The translations under genes were made by a program, and so were the position numbers. From positions 20,025,231 to 20,089,230 of the forward strand of contig NC_083435.1 in assembly GCF_020745735.1 (NCBI RefSeq): a stretch of DNA of 64,000 nucleotides. Direction: 5' to 3'. The notes under the pieces were generated by a model. That model had not been told where the DNA came from. It was given only the letters and a program-made list of their open reading frames with translations, and ran no database searches. Position 1 is the first letter of the stretch. Each line of letters opens with the position of its first letter. Positions 38,745 through 52,103 of this stretch are shown here, one piece after another. This stretch comes from Hemiscyllium ocellatum (taxonomy: Eukaryota).

Positions 38745-39360
38745 AAAATAGACAAGGTAAACGCAGGAAGCATGTTCCCGATGGCGGAGGAGTCCAGAGC
38801 CAGGAATCATAGCCCAAGGATAACGGGAAAACTATTAAGGATTGAAATGAGGAGAAATTGCGAGTCATGAAATTTGCTACTGCAGAAAACAGTGAAGGTC
38901 AAAACAATGTGTGATTTCAAGGAGTTAGAGTCCGGCGAAAGATATCAAAGAGTACGGGGAAAGCAGGAACAGGTTGTTGAGTTAGATGATCAAAATGAAT
39001 GGCAAAGCAAGCTCGAATAGCCCAATGGTTTACTCTTGTTCTTATTTTCTATGAATCATTAAGTTGTTAAGGCAAAGAAAGAACCTATTTGGCCCATAAT
39101 ACCGACACCAGCTCTTCGAAGGTGCACCATTACCTAGTCACAATCTCTTTTCCTTTACACCTTTGCACATTATTTCTATCCAACTAAATATCCACTGCTT
39201 CCTCGAATATATCAGTCAAACCTGGATCCATCACACTTCCAAGCACATCACCTCACATCTTAACTATTGCTGTGTAAACTGAAAGCTTCCCCCCCCCATA
39301 TCATCTTTGCTCTTTATGCATATAATTTTAGATCGATATCCTCTCATTTTGGTTCCTTTT
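38745..39360. mobile_element. Two tail-to-tail CR1 3'-end remnants (+ then -)
   Basis: ESRARNHS-like motif and CR1 3' UTR on +, followed by an inverted CR1 tail. Confidence 0.55.
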
Positions 39361-41614
39361 GCTTCAAAAAGACATCCTCAAAAACAGTGTAAACCAGGAG
39401 GGGTCCTCCCCATTGTCGCGTAGTCCAGAACCAGAGATCACAAACTAAGGAAATGGTGTGGGCCATTTAGGATCTTTGTGTATTCGCATCTGCTGAGAAC
39501 CTTTTATTAATAGGAAATTAACACTTAGAGGGACCTTTCTTTGAATCTGGCCTCAGTGACGCCAGCAATTGCAGATTTCCACTTATCTGCACCCGCAACA
39601 CACCCACCTCATAGACAGCTTTATAAACTCAATCTGGAATCCTAATTTATACACTATTACTTTCATCTTATGATGAACCAACTTAATAATTTGCTCCTTT
39701 CTTTTCCCATTGCACATATCCTTCAAGCATTTTGTGCACTTTATTGCTCCCCTGTAATTTTAGGAGTCTCTTCCAGTCCCCTTAGGCACTCCCCCAACAA
39801 GAACAAAAGCAAATCCTCCCCCACCCACCCCTGCAAGATATCTGTACTATTTAGAAACAGCTCCTCCGACCCTTAGATGCCTCATTTTGGCCAGAAGTGG
39901 TACCAATGTCCCACAATTCTAAAGCAATTCATCCTCTATCATTGGTTCAGCCATGCATTAATTTGCTTTAAATCCGAATTTCTAAATAATAACCAGAATA
40001 ATCAATAAATAACTGCGTAATGGCTCAGTTTTCCATTTCCATACCTACCCAATTAATTTGATTGCAGACATACATAACTCTTTTTAAGTCGCCGGTAGTG
40101 ATATAGAACATGACAGATGTCTGTTTATCATCGCCAAATATCTCTTTCGGTGTGCTTTGACGCCATTCAGTGACTACCTTAGCCTTTGTACCAGTGAAGC
40201 AACATGTCATCCTGATCTCACCATTGGCAACGCAGAAATGTTTGTACTTTTAGCAGTTGAATCCCCTAACATTGCAACTCCTCTCATTTTCTTCGTGCTC
40301 CCTTGTACAACTGAGGACAATGCGTTGTCACGGACATGGATCAAATTTACCTAACCCGTGCACCATCATTTTCTGCAACATTCTGCTTTGAGCATTGAAT
40401 GCAGAGTGAAATTGTAGGAAACTATACCATTCTTCTGATTCCTGGAGATCGACGCACTCTCACTGCCTACTGATAAGATTAAGATTGATCCATCTTCTGT
40501 AAAAGTACTGTTCATCAAGATTTCAAATTCATGGATGCGATGTCAAGATAGAACTTTTGCTTAAGTAACACAGCGTGGAATTCCAGTTGGTCAAGAACAG
40601 GGAAGCGGCCTGGCATTCCAAATTATGACATGGTATGCACTCTAGGCACCTGAGCTAACCGGTCTTTCTTCCGTCTATCAGGTAATAAACTTTGCACCAC
40701 CTCTAAGTTTTACTGCTGCTTCTAGACACGGCTATTAACAGTCAAGCATTTACTGGCACTTCCCAATTGCACAGGGGATAGTTAATTATTGACTTTATTA
40801 CTGTTCATTCAACGTTGACCAGACCAGTAAGAATGGTTTATTGATTTTCCTAAAAATCACTCGCCACCCAGAAGCCTTGCAACCATCAACAGTGGTTACT
40901 TGATTACTGTTAGGCTAGCTTCTTTTATTCCACACATGGACTGAATTCAAATTTTGCTACTTACCATTATGGGATTGGAATTCTAAAATTTACCTCAAAC
41001 TTTAGAAATTTGGTTGAATGATATAACAACTACATTAATTTTTCTCTGGGCCCATATTGGTTCTGGGCTAGCTTACTCTTAGGTGAGCTAAGACTGGATG
41101 AAAAGTGAAGAAAAAGAGCACCTCTATCGTCAGAAGACTCGTCAATAACAAGAGATTTGTGTGGGAGCAAATTAGAGTGGGTGATAAAGTTGGAACAAGA
41201 AAAGTTGCTGAAATTTAGTCACTTGTCATTACACCTGGAAAAACCATGAACACTGTCACCAGTGTTTTAATACTAATGGCAAGGCAGGGAATCTTGAGGT
41301 AGTTTCAAAGGAAGGAGTAGCCAAGCATATCACGGAAAGTCAAGTTTAGTGATGAGGTGCTGATTTTTAACACTTCCAATTAACCTAATTCAGAAATGTT
41401 ATCACACACCTCAGGAGAAGGTAGAACTCAAACCGGCGTTCTAGCCCTGATGGATGGACACTACCACAGTATCACAGGAATTCCTCCTGGTGAAGTATTC
41501 ATAGGAATGTATTTAATTTGGATCAACTAAGTGAAGTTGAATGAAACATTGCTTGATGTTAGATGATTTTCAACAAAATCGCAGCGGCAGATCAGGCTGG
41601 TGGTTACTCTAATA

Positions 41615-42113
41615 TGAGAAAGATGTTTTGAAACCAGAAAGGTTTCAGAAACGATTCACGAGAATATTGCCAAGGTTGGCGGATTGGAGGGAGAGGCTAA
41701 ATGGCCTAGGGCTATTTTTCCTGGCGCAACAGAGTTTGTGAAGTTTACAGAAGTTTATAAAATCATGAGGAATATGAATATTGTGAATAGTCAAGGTCTT
41801 TTCCCTAGGTTAATGGAGACCAACATTGGACGGCATGCGTTTAAGTTGAGAGGGGGAAATGAAGAATGACCTTAAGGACAACTACTTCACGTAGAGCATG
41901 ATGCATATATGGAATGAGCTGTCAGTGGAGATCGTGGAGGCTGGTACTATTACAACATTTAAAAAGCATCTGGTTGCGTATATGAATAAGAAGTGTTTAG
42001 AAGGATATGGGCCAAGTGCTGGCAAAGACACTGGATTAATTTAGAATATCTGATCGGCATGGACGAGTTGGATCGAAGGGGCTTTTTCCATGCTGTACAT
42101 CTCTATGACTCTA
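41615..42113 (+). mobile_element. CR1 LINE 3' end
   Basis: EVYKIMRNMNIVNSQGLFP...; tail ctctatgactcta; same subfamily as 26737. Confidence 0.85.
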
Positions 42114-42479
42114 AAGATTGGCCACACCTGCACTCAAGGGATAGTGGAGCGACCTCAGCCTCTCCATGTAGAGCGTAAATGTGAAGCGGTATTGAATGCT
42201 TAGTGTGAACGCAGATAATTAAAACCAGAAACTCAAATACTTTTAAAAGCAAAGTGGCAGCAGAAAGCAAGTGGTAGCGGACATACCACGTCAAAGTTTT
42301 CAAGTAATATCCCCCGTCATCAGGATTCCACTCTTCAATTCTCTCGGAGTATTGGCGTTGCAGAATATAGAGTGTGTTTAGTCATTCTTAATATAATTCT
42401 GCTCATATCCCTTCCTATGATTTCAAGCAACAAGGTAAGGTTGCTCTTTTCGTCACCCAGCCATTATCTGCCTTTAATG

Positions 42480-43000
42480 CATAGTTAATAGATATTTGCA
42501 TAATGTCCAAGCTAGCACCATTCTTTTCCTCCCTCCACTTTTGTCTGTTTTCTCCAAGCTTCCTTTCCAAAATGACAATTCCCTTCGTGACACTCTAGTC
42601 CACACTTCAGTCAACCCACCCGCTTTCCCTTTCACATTTCTATACATGCGCAAGATGAGCGAATCATACCATCTTCCACTCTTCCTTGAAGGTTTTTTGT
42701 TCTCCATTCAACTGTACATCTTTCAACTTTTACACTGAGTGCAGTGTTCCCATCAGGATATCAGAAGCAAAGTAGGTGCTCATATAGCATAACTCCATTC
42801 AAATTGTAAGAGAGACTCCAAAGATTCAGTGTCTGTCATGTTAACGCTAAATCTGTATACATTCTAATCTTCTGCACATTTCCTGTAACACCATTAAAAT
42901 GAAGCTCACGCAAGCTCTTGAAACATCACATTTTTATGTTCGATTCGGAGATTTACAGTCTTCTGGGCTCATTGTAGAGATCGGCATTCTTGGAATTCTT
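42480..43000 (+). mobile_element. Decayed Penelope-like GIY-YIG remnant
   Basis: FQNDNSLRDTLVHTS resembles FRKDRSLRDYLV of the 12305 element. Confidence 0.55.
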
Positions 43001-43720
43001 GACAGATCACCAATGCGAGTTGTGGAGTGTAAAAGGCAATTGAATCATTATCTTTAGTAATTTAAAAAAAGGTTTAGGAGAGCAACGCAAGGAACTGCTA
43101 CTGAGTAGGACTTGTATGGAAGCGTCTCGCCGGACAAGTAGCTGTCTTCTGCACTGTATCAATTTGTGAGCCAAGCATTCCAATTTTCCATCGTAACCGC
43201 TGCCCCCACATTTTTCCCTCTCTTTTAGACGACTTTCTTTCCTTTTCTCCAAATTGATTTGCGTTTAGACACAACATGCATTTTACATCTTTCTCTCTAC
43301 CAGCGCCATTTAATTTAAACCGATTGTACCTCAGTTGAACTATGAGACAACAATTTGTAGATCCTATTGCTCATTGGAAAATAAAAGTCACCTGAATGAC
43401 TTATATGATCTATTACTTTATAAACACTAGTTTCGCTCTTTCCTGCAAGTAACGAAACATCTAAGCTTCACTTATGAACAACCTCAATAGTTTAAAGGTT
43501 TCTGTAACGGTAGACACCAGAAGACGTTTAGCTCGGTTTTCATAATTTCAAGACAGTTGCTATCTCTTTCTTCAAGTAAGAATTATAGAAATCTTTCTTG
43601 AATCATTCGAAGTATATTAATATAGATTTAATTAGCTTGCGAGCTTTTATAACATTTGTGTTTTTGGTATGGTTAGTGAATTCAGATGGTTGATACTCTC
43701 TTGTACATGTCTTCTCGCAG

Positions 43721-43747
43721 AGGAGATGTTGCGAACAAAAGAAGAAG
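43721..43747 (+). CDS. Micro-exon, 27 nt, phase 1-1 (EEMLRTKEE)
   Basis: catgtcttctcgcag|AGGAGATGTTGCGAACAAAAGAAGAAG|gtaaaa; paralogue of the 53963 exon (19/27 identical, similar acceptor). Confidence 0.8.
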
Positions 43748-44415
43748 GTAAAACAGGATCGTATTTGTCCGCACAGATTTAAGGATCATCGTACCATATT
43801 CAAATCAAAAATGACGCTTCATAATTCTTAATTTGGAATTTACTACGGTGGCAATGCAATTCATTTTGGGTCTTTTCCAAAAAATCAGCGGGAACTAGTC
43901 CTATTTCTTTCTCTTCACTGACGTTATATAATTGGCATTGATTATGACTCAGCTACCCCATAAGGTAACACATTTAGATCCTAATTTTTATTGATAAAAA
44001 GTTTGTGCTGATAGTTGATCCAGTGATGTACAACGACATATAAAGTCCTTATACATCTCGTAAATCTTAAAATAGTGCGGAAAAGGTAGAGAACTGAATC
44101 GTTTTTATTTTGATGTAGTAGCTAAGTTTCACTCTTTCTATCAATGAGTTTCAGTCCAGCAGTCGGATCTGAGTGCTGCAATAGTTTAGAACGCTTTTTA
44201 CTCCACTGAAGTTACATATTCATATCTTTTGTGAAGCAGTCTCACATAGGAGAACGTTTTATGGGCTTTCCAGCCCAGGAATATAATATTGAAAACACAG
44301 TAAGCCAATGTCCTTTATAAAGGAATGCTAAGCCGATTAATTAATAAACTGAATCGGCCTTTATGGAAATATCTATATCTTGCCGTATCGTTCAATTGTT
44401 TTCTAACTTCTTCAG

Positions 44416-44442
44416 AAATAAGAAAGCTCAGCAAAGACCAAG
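44416..44442 (+). CDS. Micro-exon, 27 nt, phase 1-1 (EIRKLSKDQ)
   Basis: ttctaacttcttcag|AAATAAGAAAGCTCAGCAAAGACCAAG|gtaaat; branch-point-like CTAAC upstream. Confidence 0.8.
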
Positions 44443-44629
44443 GTAAATGACCAAACATATGCAGAATGGGTTTATGAACAATTCCTGCCCCTTACAGCAT
44501 TATGGATTACAGCTGATATGTTCTATTGGAGATCAGAGCTTAAAAATGTGTTTCTGGATGAAATTACCCTTGAGGTGGTGCACAAAACAAAGCAACTCAA
44601 ATATTTTTCAAAATAATTCGTTCAGAATC

Positions 44630-44715
44630 TTGATTACATACTTCGGGAGCAGGTGGAACTTGAACCTAGGTTTTTTGGCTCAGGGGTAGGGACATACCAC
44701 TACACCACAAGAACC
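44630..44715 (-). mobile_element. Short tRNA-head SINE-like repeat (related copies near 41395-41480 -, 45355-45450 +, 45560-45660 +, 62660-62722 -)
   Basis: Reverse complement TCTTGTGGTGTAGTGGTATGTCCCTACCCC...GGTTCAAGTTCCACCTGCTCC carries A- and B-box-like motifs. Confidence 0.55.
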
Positions 44716-45096
44716 AAAAATCGCAACTCAGTCCAGTCGTTTCAAGGGGTAACAACTGACAATCATTTGCACACTGCATTTTACTTGTCCCCTCCTGTTT
44801 TGGGTCTGATTTGCGTTACTGGATAAGTCTGCGATATTTTTGAATGCGATTGCTAATGCTTCTTGTTTTTAATAAGTTCATCTTTCATTACAAGGACAGC
44901 GTAACATTTAAGGTTTCATTTCGCAGTCAATTAAAAGAGTTAGCTAGAATTTTAATTCAATGATAATTTGAAGCGGCTGGGCAGGTATACATTATGACAA
45001 TTGATAATTAACTAACATTACACACACGTATGGTTCGAAAATCATTGATAGATTTTCATCGAAAGATTGTTGCATGGTTGGCCTGTTGTTTGTGAA

Positions 45097-45263
45097 GAGT
45101 GTGATACGGGAAAAGCACAGCAGGCCTTAATCTCTTCCTGATAAAGAGCTTATGCCCCAAACGTCGAATCCCCTGCTCCTCGGATGCTGCCTGACCCACT
45201 GTGCTTTTCCAGCACCACACTGTCCACTCTGATCTCTAGCATCTGCAGTTCTCATTTTCTCCC
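45097..45263 (+). mobile_element. Penelope pLTR fragment with an inverted partial copy
   Basis: gaaaagcacag... / ...ctgtgcttttcc; degenerate CTGATAA...CAAACGTC core. Confidence 0.75.
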
Positions 45264-46044
45264 CGTTGTCTATGAAGCCCAATATTCTGTTAATTAAGAT
45301 ACTTATCTATCAAGGTACTGTTGTTTAGTAGTTGCCCGTTAGCCGGCGCACCTCTTCTTCTGGTGCATTAACAGTGCCCCTACCTTTACACCAAGAGTCC
45401 TAGGTTCATGTGCCACCTGCTCCAGAGATGTGGAATTAATCTCTGAGAAGATTGTCTCGAAAAATATTGTTGATCTTAACTTTGGAACTCAGCAATGGAA
45501 GTGATAATCGGCACATTTTTATCTCAGGAAAACAATTACCGTTGTAACGCTTTTTGTGAGCCTTGAGGTTTACCGGCAGTGTCACTACTACTCAGTCAGA
45601 ATGTCCCGAATTTAGGCCCAACCTCTTCAAGCGAAGTGTACTAACATCCCTGCATAGATTTTTTGTTTAAAGTCGCTGCCAGTTGCAACTCGGCTTGGAT
45701 TTCATTCAATTTTAAACTTATAAGCTAAGCTTTTAATTAAAAACTAAGTAACAAAATCCCGGCCATTTAGACAGCATGCCCCATAGTCAACAAGTTCATT
45801 TCATAATCAGCTGCAATAGTAATATTAAATGTTGTCAAAACTGACAGCAAAATCATTTTGCATTTAGCAACTGGAATAAGGATATCAAATTCTGAAGGAG
45901 GGATATTGAATAAAACGGGTAGTAGAATTTCATTTTTCACAGCGTTTGATGGTATCATACGACATGGAAAGTATTTTTAAGAAAATGGTTGGTTAACGTA
46001 TGAAGTAAAAACAAACGTGAAAGGAATTTGAAACTAACTTACAG

Positions 46045-46070
46045 ATGCGGAAAACCAAAGGAAAAAAAAT
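46045..46070 (+). CDS. Candidate micro-exon, 26 nt as assembled (DAENQRKKN), one base short of 27
   Basis: aaactaacttacag|ATGCGGAAAACCAAAGGAAAAAAAAT|gtagct; positional and sequence counterpart of the 55042 exon. Confidence 0.35.
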
Positions 46071-46500
46071 GTAGCTGTAATTTTGCCACCCTGTAATATT
46101 CCACATTAACTGTGAGGATGATCCTAGCAGAAATATCGCGAGAACCTAATGTTATTTTAGGTAACATTGCCGTCTACATTTGGTAGCAGGAGTACAAAAG
46201 CATAGGTAGAGGATTGGCTAACTGGTAGAAGATAGCTAGTGGTAATAAGGGGTGCAAGCCGTTACGCACTTGTCAGACGGAGTGTACTGTGGGGAAATGT
46301 AAGGTTATGAACTTTGATGGGCAGAAGAGAAGAGCTAAGTATTATTTAAATTGAGAAAAAAAATGCAAGAAACTGAAGACCTGTAGGTTTTGACCACCAC
46401 ATATGCCAGTTTAAATGCTGCGGGTTTTCTCTGTAAACACGGCAAACACTAACATTTGCAAAACAAACTTTTCTTTGTTTACTTATAATTGCAATGCTTT

Positions 46501-46699
46501 ATAGAAAAATGTGTGGAAACAGGCCCTTCGGCCCAACAAGTCCACACCGACCCGCCGAAGCGCACCCACCCAGACCCATTCCCTTACATTTACCCCTTAC
46601 CTAACACTACGGGCAATTTAGCATGGCCAATTCACCTGACCTGCACATCTTTGGACTGTGGGAGGAAACCGGAGTACCCGGAGGAAACCCACGCAGACC
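46501..46699 (-). mobile_element. HE1-type V-SINE, 5'-truncated
   Basis: Reverse complement of the 3' part of the 11514 SINE. Confidence 0.9.
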
Positions 46700-46793
46700 C
46701 TCGTTCCAGCAGAGAAGCATAACTTTGGGGAAATGCTGAAGATGTATTAAAGTTCCCAGTCTTGTTGAGTTCAGTATTTTACTTAATTTTTTT

Positions 46794-47101
46794 TAGATTA
46801 GATTTACAGTGTGGAAACAGGCCCTTCGGCCCAACAAGTCCACACCGACCCGGTGAAGCGAAACCCACCCATACCCCTACATTTACCCCTTACCTAACAC
46901 TATGGGCAATTTAGCATGGTCAATTCACCTGACCCGCACATCTTTGGACTGTGGGAGGAAACCGGAGCACCCGGAGGAAACCCACGCTGACACGGGGAGA
47001 ACGTGCAAACTCCACACAGTCAGTTGCCTGAGTCGGGAATTGAACCCAGGTCTCCGGCGCTGTGAGGCAGCAGTGCTAACCACTGTGCCACCGTGCCGCC
47101 C
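46794..47101 (-). mobile_element. HE1-type V-SINE, full length
   Basis: Reverse complement of the 11514 SINE, from the tagatt tail to ccaccgtgccgccc. Confidence 0.92.
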
Positions 47102-47219
47102 CGAATTTGGCCTTGAATATATTGGTAGAATCTTCCCGAGCGTTTATCTAATTTGATGAGTATTCTGTAAAAAAATGTGAAATAATACTTACATATTTCT
47201 ACTTTTGCAATTACTGAAG

Positions 47220-47246
47220 GTGAAGAGCTCCAAGCGTGCAAAAGAG
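47220..47246 (+). CDS. Micro-exon, 27 nt (or 21 nt from 47226), phase 1-1 (GEELQACKR)
   Basis: tttctacttttgcaattactgaag|GTGAAGAGCTCCAAGCGTGCAAAAGAG|gtaagc. Confidence 0.65.
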
Positions 47247-47374
47247 GTAAGCTATTAAATCCATTCTGTTAATACTTCATGGTGTTTTCTATTAGTCACT
47301 GGGCATAAGATCTCAGCTTATGATCGAGGCAGCGCATTTTTACAATAGGTCAACTCCAAAGGGCAGTTTTCCTT

Positions 47375-50037
47375 CACTCTTGGCGGCAGTTGAAGTGGGA
47401 AGAGCAACAGCGAGGCCCGGAGGCCCGACGGGAAGATAAATTTGAAAACATGTGATGGTTTACATCGTGAATGGGTGGAGGGCACACTGAGCAGGAACAG
47501 ACACCGGACTGCGAGGTAAGTGAGGCTTTATACTTGAGCAGTTGAATGTTCCTCCTGCAGAATATTGGAGGTAAGGGTCTCCAGTAGTGTCCATGCTGAA
47601 AACAAATCCGTGGGAAGTGCACCTAACTCAAGCTCCTCGAAAACCACCTTAGGGAATTGGACGTGGAGCTGCATGACGTTTAGATCATTTGGGAGGCGGA
47701 GGGGGATATTGAGAGTAGTTATAGGCAGGTAGGCACACCTTAGGTAAAAGAAGAGGTACGTGGGTTACCGCCAGGGGAATGGAACCTAAATTGTCGTTCG
47801 ATTATATGAGAGGATGACAGCAGTGAAGTCAGAACTAAGGTTATAACATTGCAAGACAGCAGCGGCAGTCAAGAAGTGTTGAAGTGTGCTTCAACGCCAG
47901 GAGTATCTGGAAACAGGTGGGTGAACTTGTAGCATGGGTTTGTACCTTGTATTTCGATGTTGTGGCTATTTCAGAGACATGGGCAGAGCAGGGACAGGAA
48001 TGGGTATGGTAGATCCCAAGATTTAGATGTTTAAGTAAGAACAGAAAATGGTAAAAGGCAGTGGTTTGGCATGTTAGTCAAGGACAGTATGGCAGTTGCA
48101 GAAGGGATGTTTGAGGACTCCTCTACTGAGGTAGTATGGGCTGAGATTAGAAACAGGAAAGGAGATGTTACTCTTTTGGGAGTTTTTATAGGCCTCCAAA
48201 TAGTTCCAGAAACGTAGAAGATAGGATAGCAAAGATGATCCTCAATAGGAATGAGAGTGACAGGTTAGTTGTTATGGGCGACTAACTTTCCAAATATTGA
48301 ATGAGAATACTATAGTTCGAGTACTTTAGATGCGTCGATATTTGCCCAATGTGTGCAGGAGGGTTTCCTGACACAGTATGTAAACAGGCCAACAGGGTTG
48401 AGGCCGCAGTAGATTTGATACTGGGTAATGAACCTAGCCAGGGGTTAGATTTGGAGGTGGGTGAGCATTGTGGTGATAGTGGCCACAATTCGGTTATGCT
48501 TATTTTAGTGATGGAAAGGAATAGGTATATACCACAAGACAAGTGTTATAGCTGCGGGAAGGCAACTACAATGCGATTAGGCAAGATTTAACATACGTAA
48601 GGTCGGGAAGGAAACTGCAGGGGATGGGCAGAATTGGAATATGGAGCTTATTCAAGGACCAGCTACTGCGGGTCCTTGATAAGTATGCACTGATCAGACA
48701 GGGGAGAAGCTGTCGAGCACGGGAGTCGTGATTTACTAAGGAAGTTGAATCTCTTGTAATGAGGAAGAAGAGACTTTATTTAGGATGAGATAACGTAGCT
48801 CAGTTAGAGTGCTTGAGAGTTACAAGTTAAAAGGAAAGACCTAAAGAGAGAGCTAAGAAGAATGAGGAGGGAACATGAGAAGTTATTAGCGGATAGAATC
48901 AAGAAAAACCCTAAAACTTTCTATAGTTATATCAGGAATAAAAGAATTACAAGAGTAAGATTAGTGGCAATCACACATAATCGTAGGAAATTGTGCATAG
49001 AGAAAGTGGAGATATGGGAATTGTGAAGTGAATACTTTTCATCAGAACTTCACACTAGAAAAAGACAATGTAGTCCAAGGGAATACTGAGAAACAGGCTA
49101 CTCGACTAGATGGGATTTGAGGTGCACTAGGAGGAGCTGTTAGCAATGCTTGAAAGTGTAAAAAAAATGTAAGTGCTCCAAGCCAATGGGATTTATCCTA
49201 AAATTCTTTGGGAAGTCAGGAGAAGATTGCCGAGCCTTTGGTTTTGATCTTTATGTCGACCTTGTCTATAGGAATAGTGCCAATTGATTGGAGGATAGCA
49301 AATGTTGTTCTTTATTCAAGAAGAGGAGTAAAAGCAAGCCTGGAAATTATAGACCAGTGAACCTTACTTCGGTTGTGGGTAACGTACTGAGATAGGATTA
49401 TTAATCATCTAGAGAGGAATAAGTTGATTAAGGGTAGTCCACAGAGTTTTGTGATGAATAGGTTGTGCCTCACAAACCTTATTCAGTTCTTTGAGAAGTG
49501 CCAAACCTGTGGATGAGAGTAAAGCGATTGATGTGGTGTATATGGATTTCAGTAAAGAGTTTAATAACGTTCCCCATGTTAAGCTATTGCACAAAATACG
49601 GAGGCATGGGATTGAGGAAGATTTAATGGTTTGGTTCAGAAATTACCTAGCTAAAAGAAGGTGGTTGATGGAAAATATTCATCCTGGAGTTCAGTTAATC
49701 ATCGGGTACTGCAAAGATCTGTATTGGGTCCACTGTTGTTTTTCATCTATATAGATGACCTGGATGAGGGTATAGAATGATAAGTTAGTAAATTTGTGGA
49801 TGACACTATGGTCTGTAAAGATGTCAATAGTGATGAAGGCTGTTGAAGCTTTCGGAGAAACATAGATTAGCTGCAGAGCTGGGCTGAGAGGTGGTAAATG
49901 GAGTCTAAGTGGAAAAGTGTGAGGTGATTCACTTTGGAAGGAGTAACAGGAATGCAGAGCACTGGGCTATTGGTAGGATTCTTCATCGTGTAGATGAGTA
50001 GAGAGATTTCGGTGTCCAGGTACATAGATCCTTGAAG
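47375..50037 (+). mobile_element. Long CR1 LINE copy (5' region, ORF1 remnant, endonuclease, RT), mutated and missing its 3' end
   Basis: CFNARSI, FDVVAISETW, YRPPNS, VDLILGNEP, NYRPVNLTSVVG, IDVVYMDFSK, KFVDDT occur in CR1 ORF2 order. Confidence 0.9.
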
Positions 50038-50130
50038 GAATTTGTGATGAAGTGCTTGTGACCAAAACATTGAATCTCCTGCTCCTCTGATGCTGCCTGA
50101 TCTGCTGTGATTTTCCAGCAACACACTCTC
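50038..50130 (+). mobile_element. Penelope pLTR fragment
   Basis: gtgatgaagtgcttgtgaccaaaacattg...gatgctgcctgatctgctgtgattttccagcaacacactc. Confidence 0.7.
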
Positions 50131-52067
50131 ATATAATTTGCAATGCACACCCAAATGTATCACCAAGTACTTAGTCGAACGGAAACAAGTAACAAGTAAA
50201 TGGTAATTCAGAAATTAGGAAAAAAGGAGACATTTTAGGATAGACCCTATGGTAATCTGACACATTTGAGTTTTCATGTACAGATATGAGAGGAGCTTTT
50301 ATTCACACATTTTAAATTTGAAATGGAATTCAACGAAACTGTATTACTGGAAAATATATAGTTACTGTAGAGTAGAACTTATTTGTGTGTTCACGCCATT
50401 TTGGCATTCAGCTTCTGTCATGTCAAAGGGACTGATTTTTGTTGGAGTATATTACTTTCAAGCAGATGCGTACAACCCAATTTTCAACTCGAACCATGTT
50501 CAATTGCCCAACAGTAATGTGTTGTGGTCAACTATGATATCAGACCAGAACATAGGAAGAACAATTGTCACTTCATTGTGGATGATAAGCATATGTTGTT
50601 ACGTTTGTATGCATATCATTTATTCATAATTCAATTTTCTGTAGGTACAAGATTGTTATCCAAGCTTTACTTAATATTCAAAATGTCATTCAATTTCCTG
50701 ACATGAAAGAAAATTCAGGCCAGATAATTTTTCAGATAATTGAACTGGCAGAATTACTAGATTCCTGGAACTTGATAATTGGAAGAATACTTTCGTGGTT
50801 GTTAACAGCATTTATACTAGATTTCAGGATATGAAAGAAGAACTTCACATTGTTATAGTCCTGGTGTTGAGAAATCATCATTCTGGGTTGTATATCTTGC
50901 ATTGTATGAAGCTCAATCTTTAGGGTGTTATCTCGAAATTTAGAAAACATTAAATGGATAACATAATCAGTGCTGGAGTCTACCAAAATGGGTAAAATGT
51001 GTAATAGTTCACGTCCATTGGGAAGACTCAATCATTTTACAGAAAGAGAGATGACTGATATTTACATCTCACGACAAGCACAGGTACTGCTATATCCGCA
51101 ATCAAAATATTCTACACCTTTTAAACAGTGAAAGTTGTTTTAGGCATAAAGATTGTAATAATTGCATTGAAACCTTTATCTTTGACTCTAAGATTGAAGA
51201 TGTTTTGATCGCCAGTAACTACTGAGATTTAAGGTTAAGATATTTGCATTGAGATGACTAAAGGGATAATGTAAGATATTTTAGGCATCGGATTGCATGC
51301 ATTCATAATAGGCAAGTAAACCACATTAATTTGAAAAAAAAAATCCAGTTGTTGGAGAATCGTTGCAGCAAAAGAAACGAAGTTTGGGTAGATCTCCACT
51401 TTCCTCATAGAAGATACTAATGCACGATTGAATTCAGAAAACAAGCTGGATCTCAAACATGAGGGGAACCTCATTGATACTGAATGGATCAGTACCCCCC
51501 CCCCCCCAACTTAAATGAGGCGGGTATGCTGTAGAAAAGGCAAAGAATATTGAAATAGAACATGAAAATGGGGTTAAAAGACCATGGTTGAGGCGTTTTT
51601 CTCGGCACAGATCTGCCAGCAAATAAACTCTCTGTGAGATTGTTGCAATTAAAAAAAAAGTGTTGTGAATTGATATTAATTGATATCAGATCATCAAAAA
51701 TACAGATTCAATTGAATTTGGAATACAGGGCAGAATAGATTAGACAGGGCATTCAGACATAAATCCAACTTTTCAAACTCCAACTGAAACAATGAGAGAA
51801 TGCAACAGTGGCCATCGCTGCCAGCATGGAATATAACATCATATTGAATATCCTCCTGGCTACTGAACTCCCCACAATCATCAGCCCAACTGAATTTTGT
51901 TTGTTTGTTTCAAAATACGGAAGTATTGGAATATGATTGATTTTTTTTTACCAAGTATAAGTTAACAACTTCTCACATGGATTGGTAGATTGTTATTTGC
52001 AAATGCACTTTAACTGTTAATGTGTATTCAACACAACTGAAAATGCTACATATAAATTTGTTTCCAG

Positions 52068-52103
52068 AAAAGGAAAAATTGGAAGCAATCCTTAGGGACG
52101 TTG
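52068..52103 (+). CDS. Micro-exon, 36 nt, phase 1-1 (EKEKLEAILRDV)
   Basis: aaatttgtttccag|...GACGTTG|gtaagc; paralogue of the 38555 exon. Confidence 0.88.

Noticed and set aside
42428-42434. 7-nt AG..GTAAG segments (also 53271-53277 and 60325-60331)
   Set aside because: Frame-shifting and not similar to one another; including them would destroy the reading frame supported by the duplicated exons
51043-51083. 41-nt exon-like segment (EREMTDIYISRQAQ)
   Set aside because: Phase 1 to 0 with no compensating neighbour found
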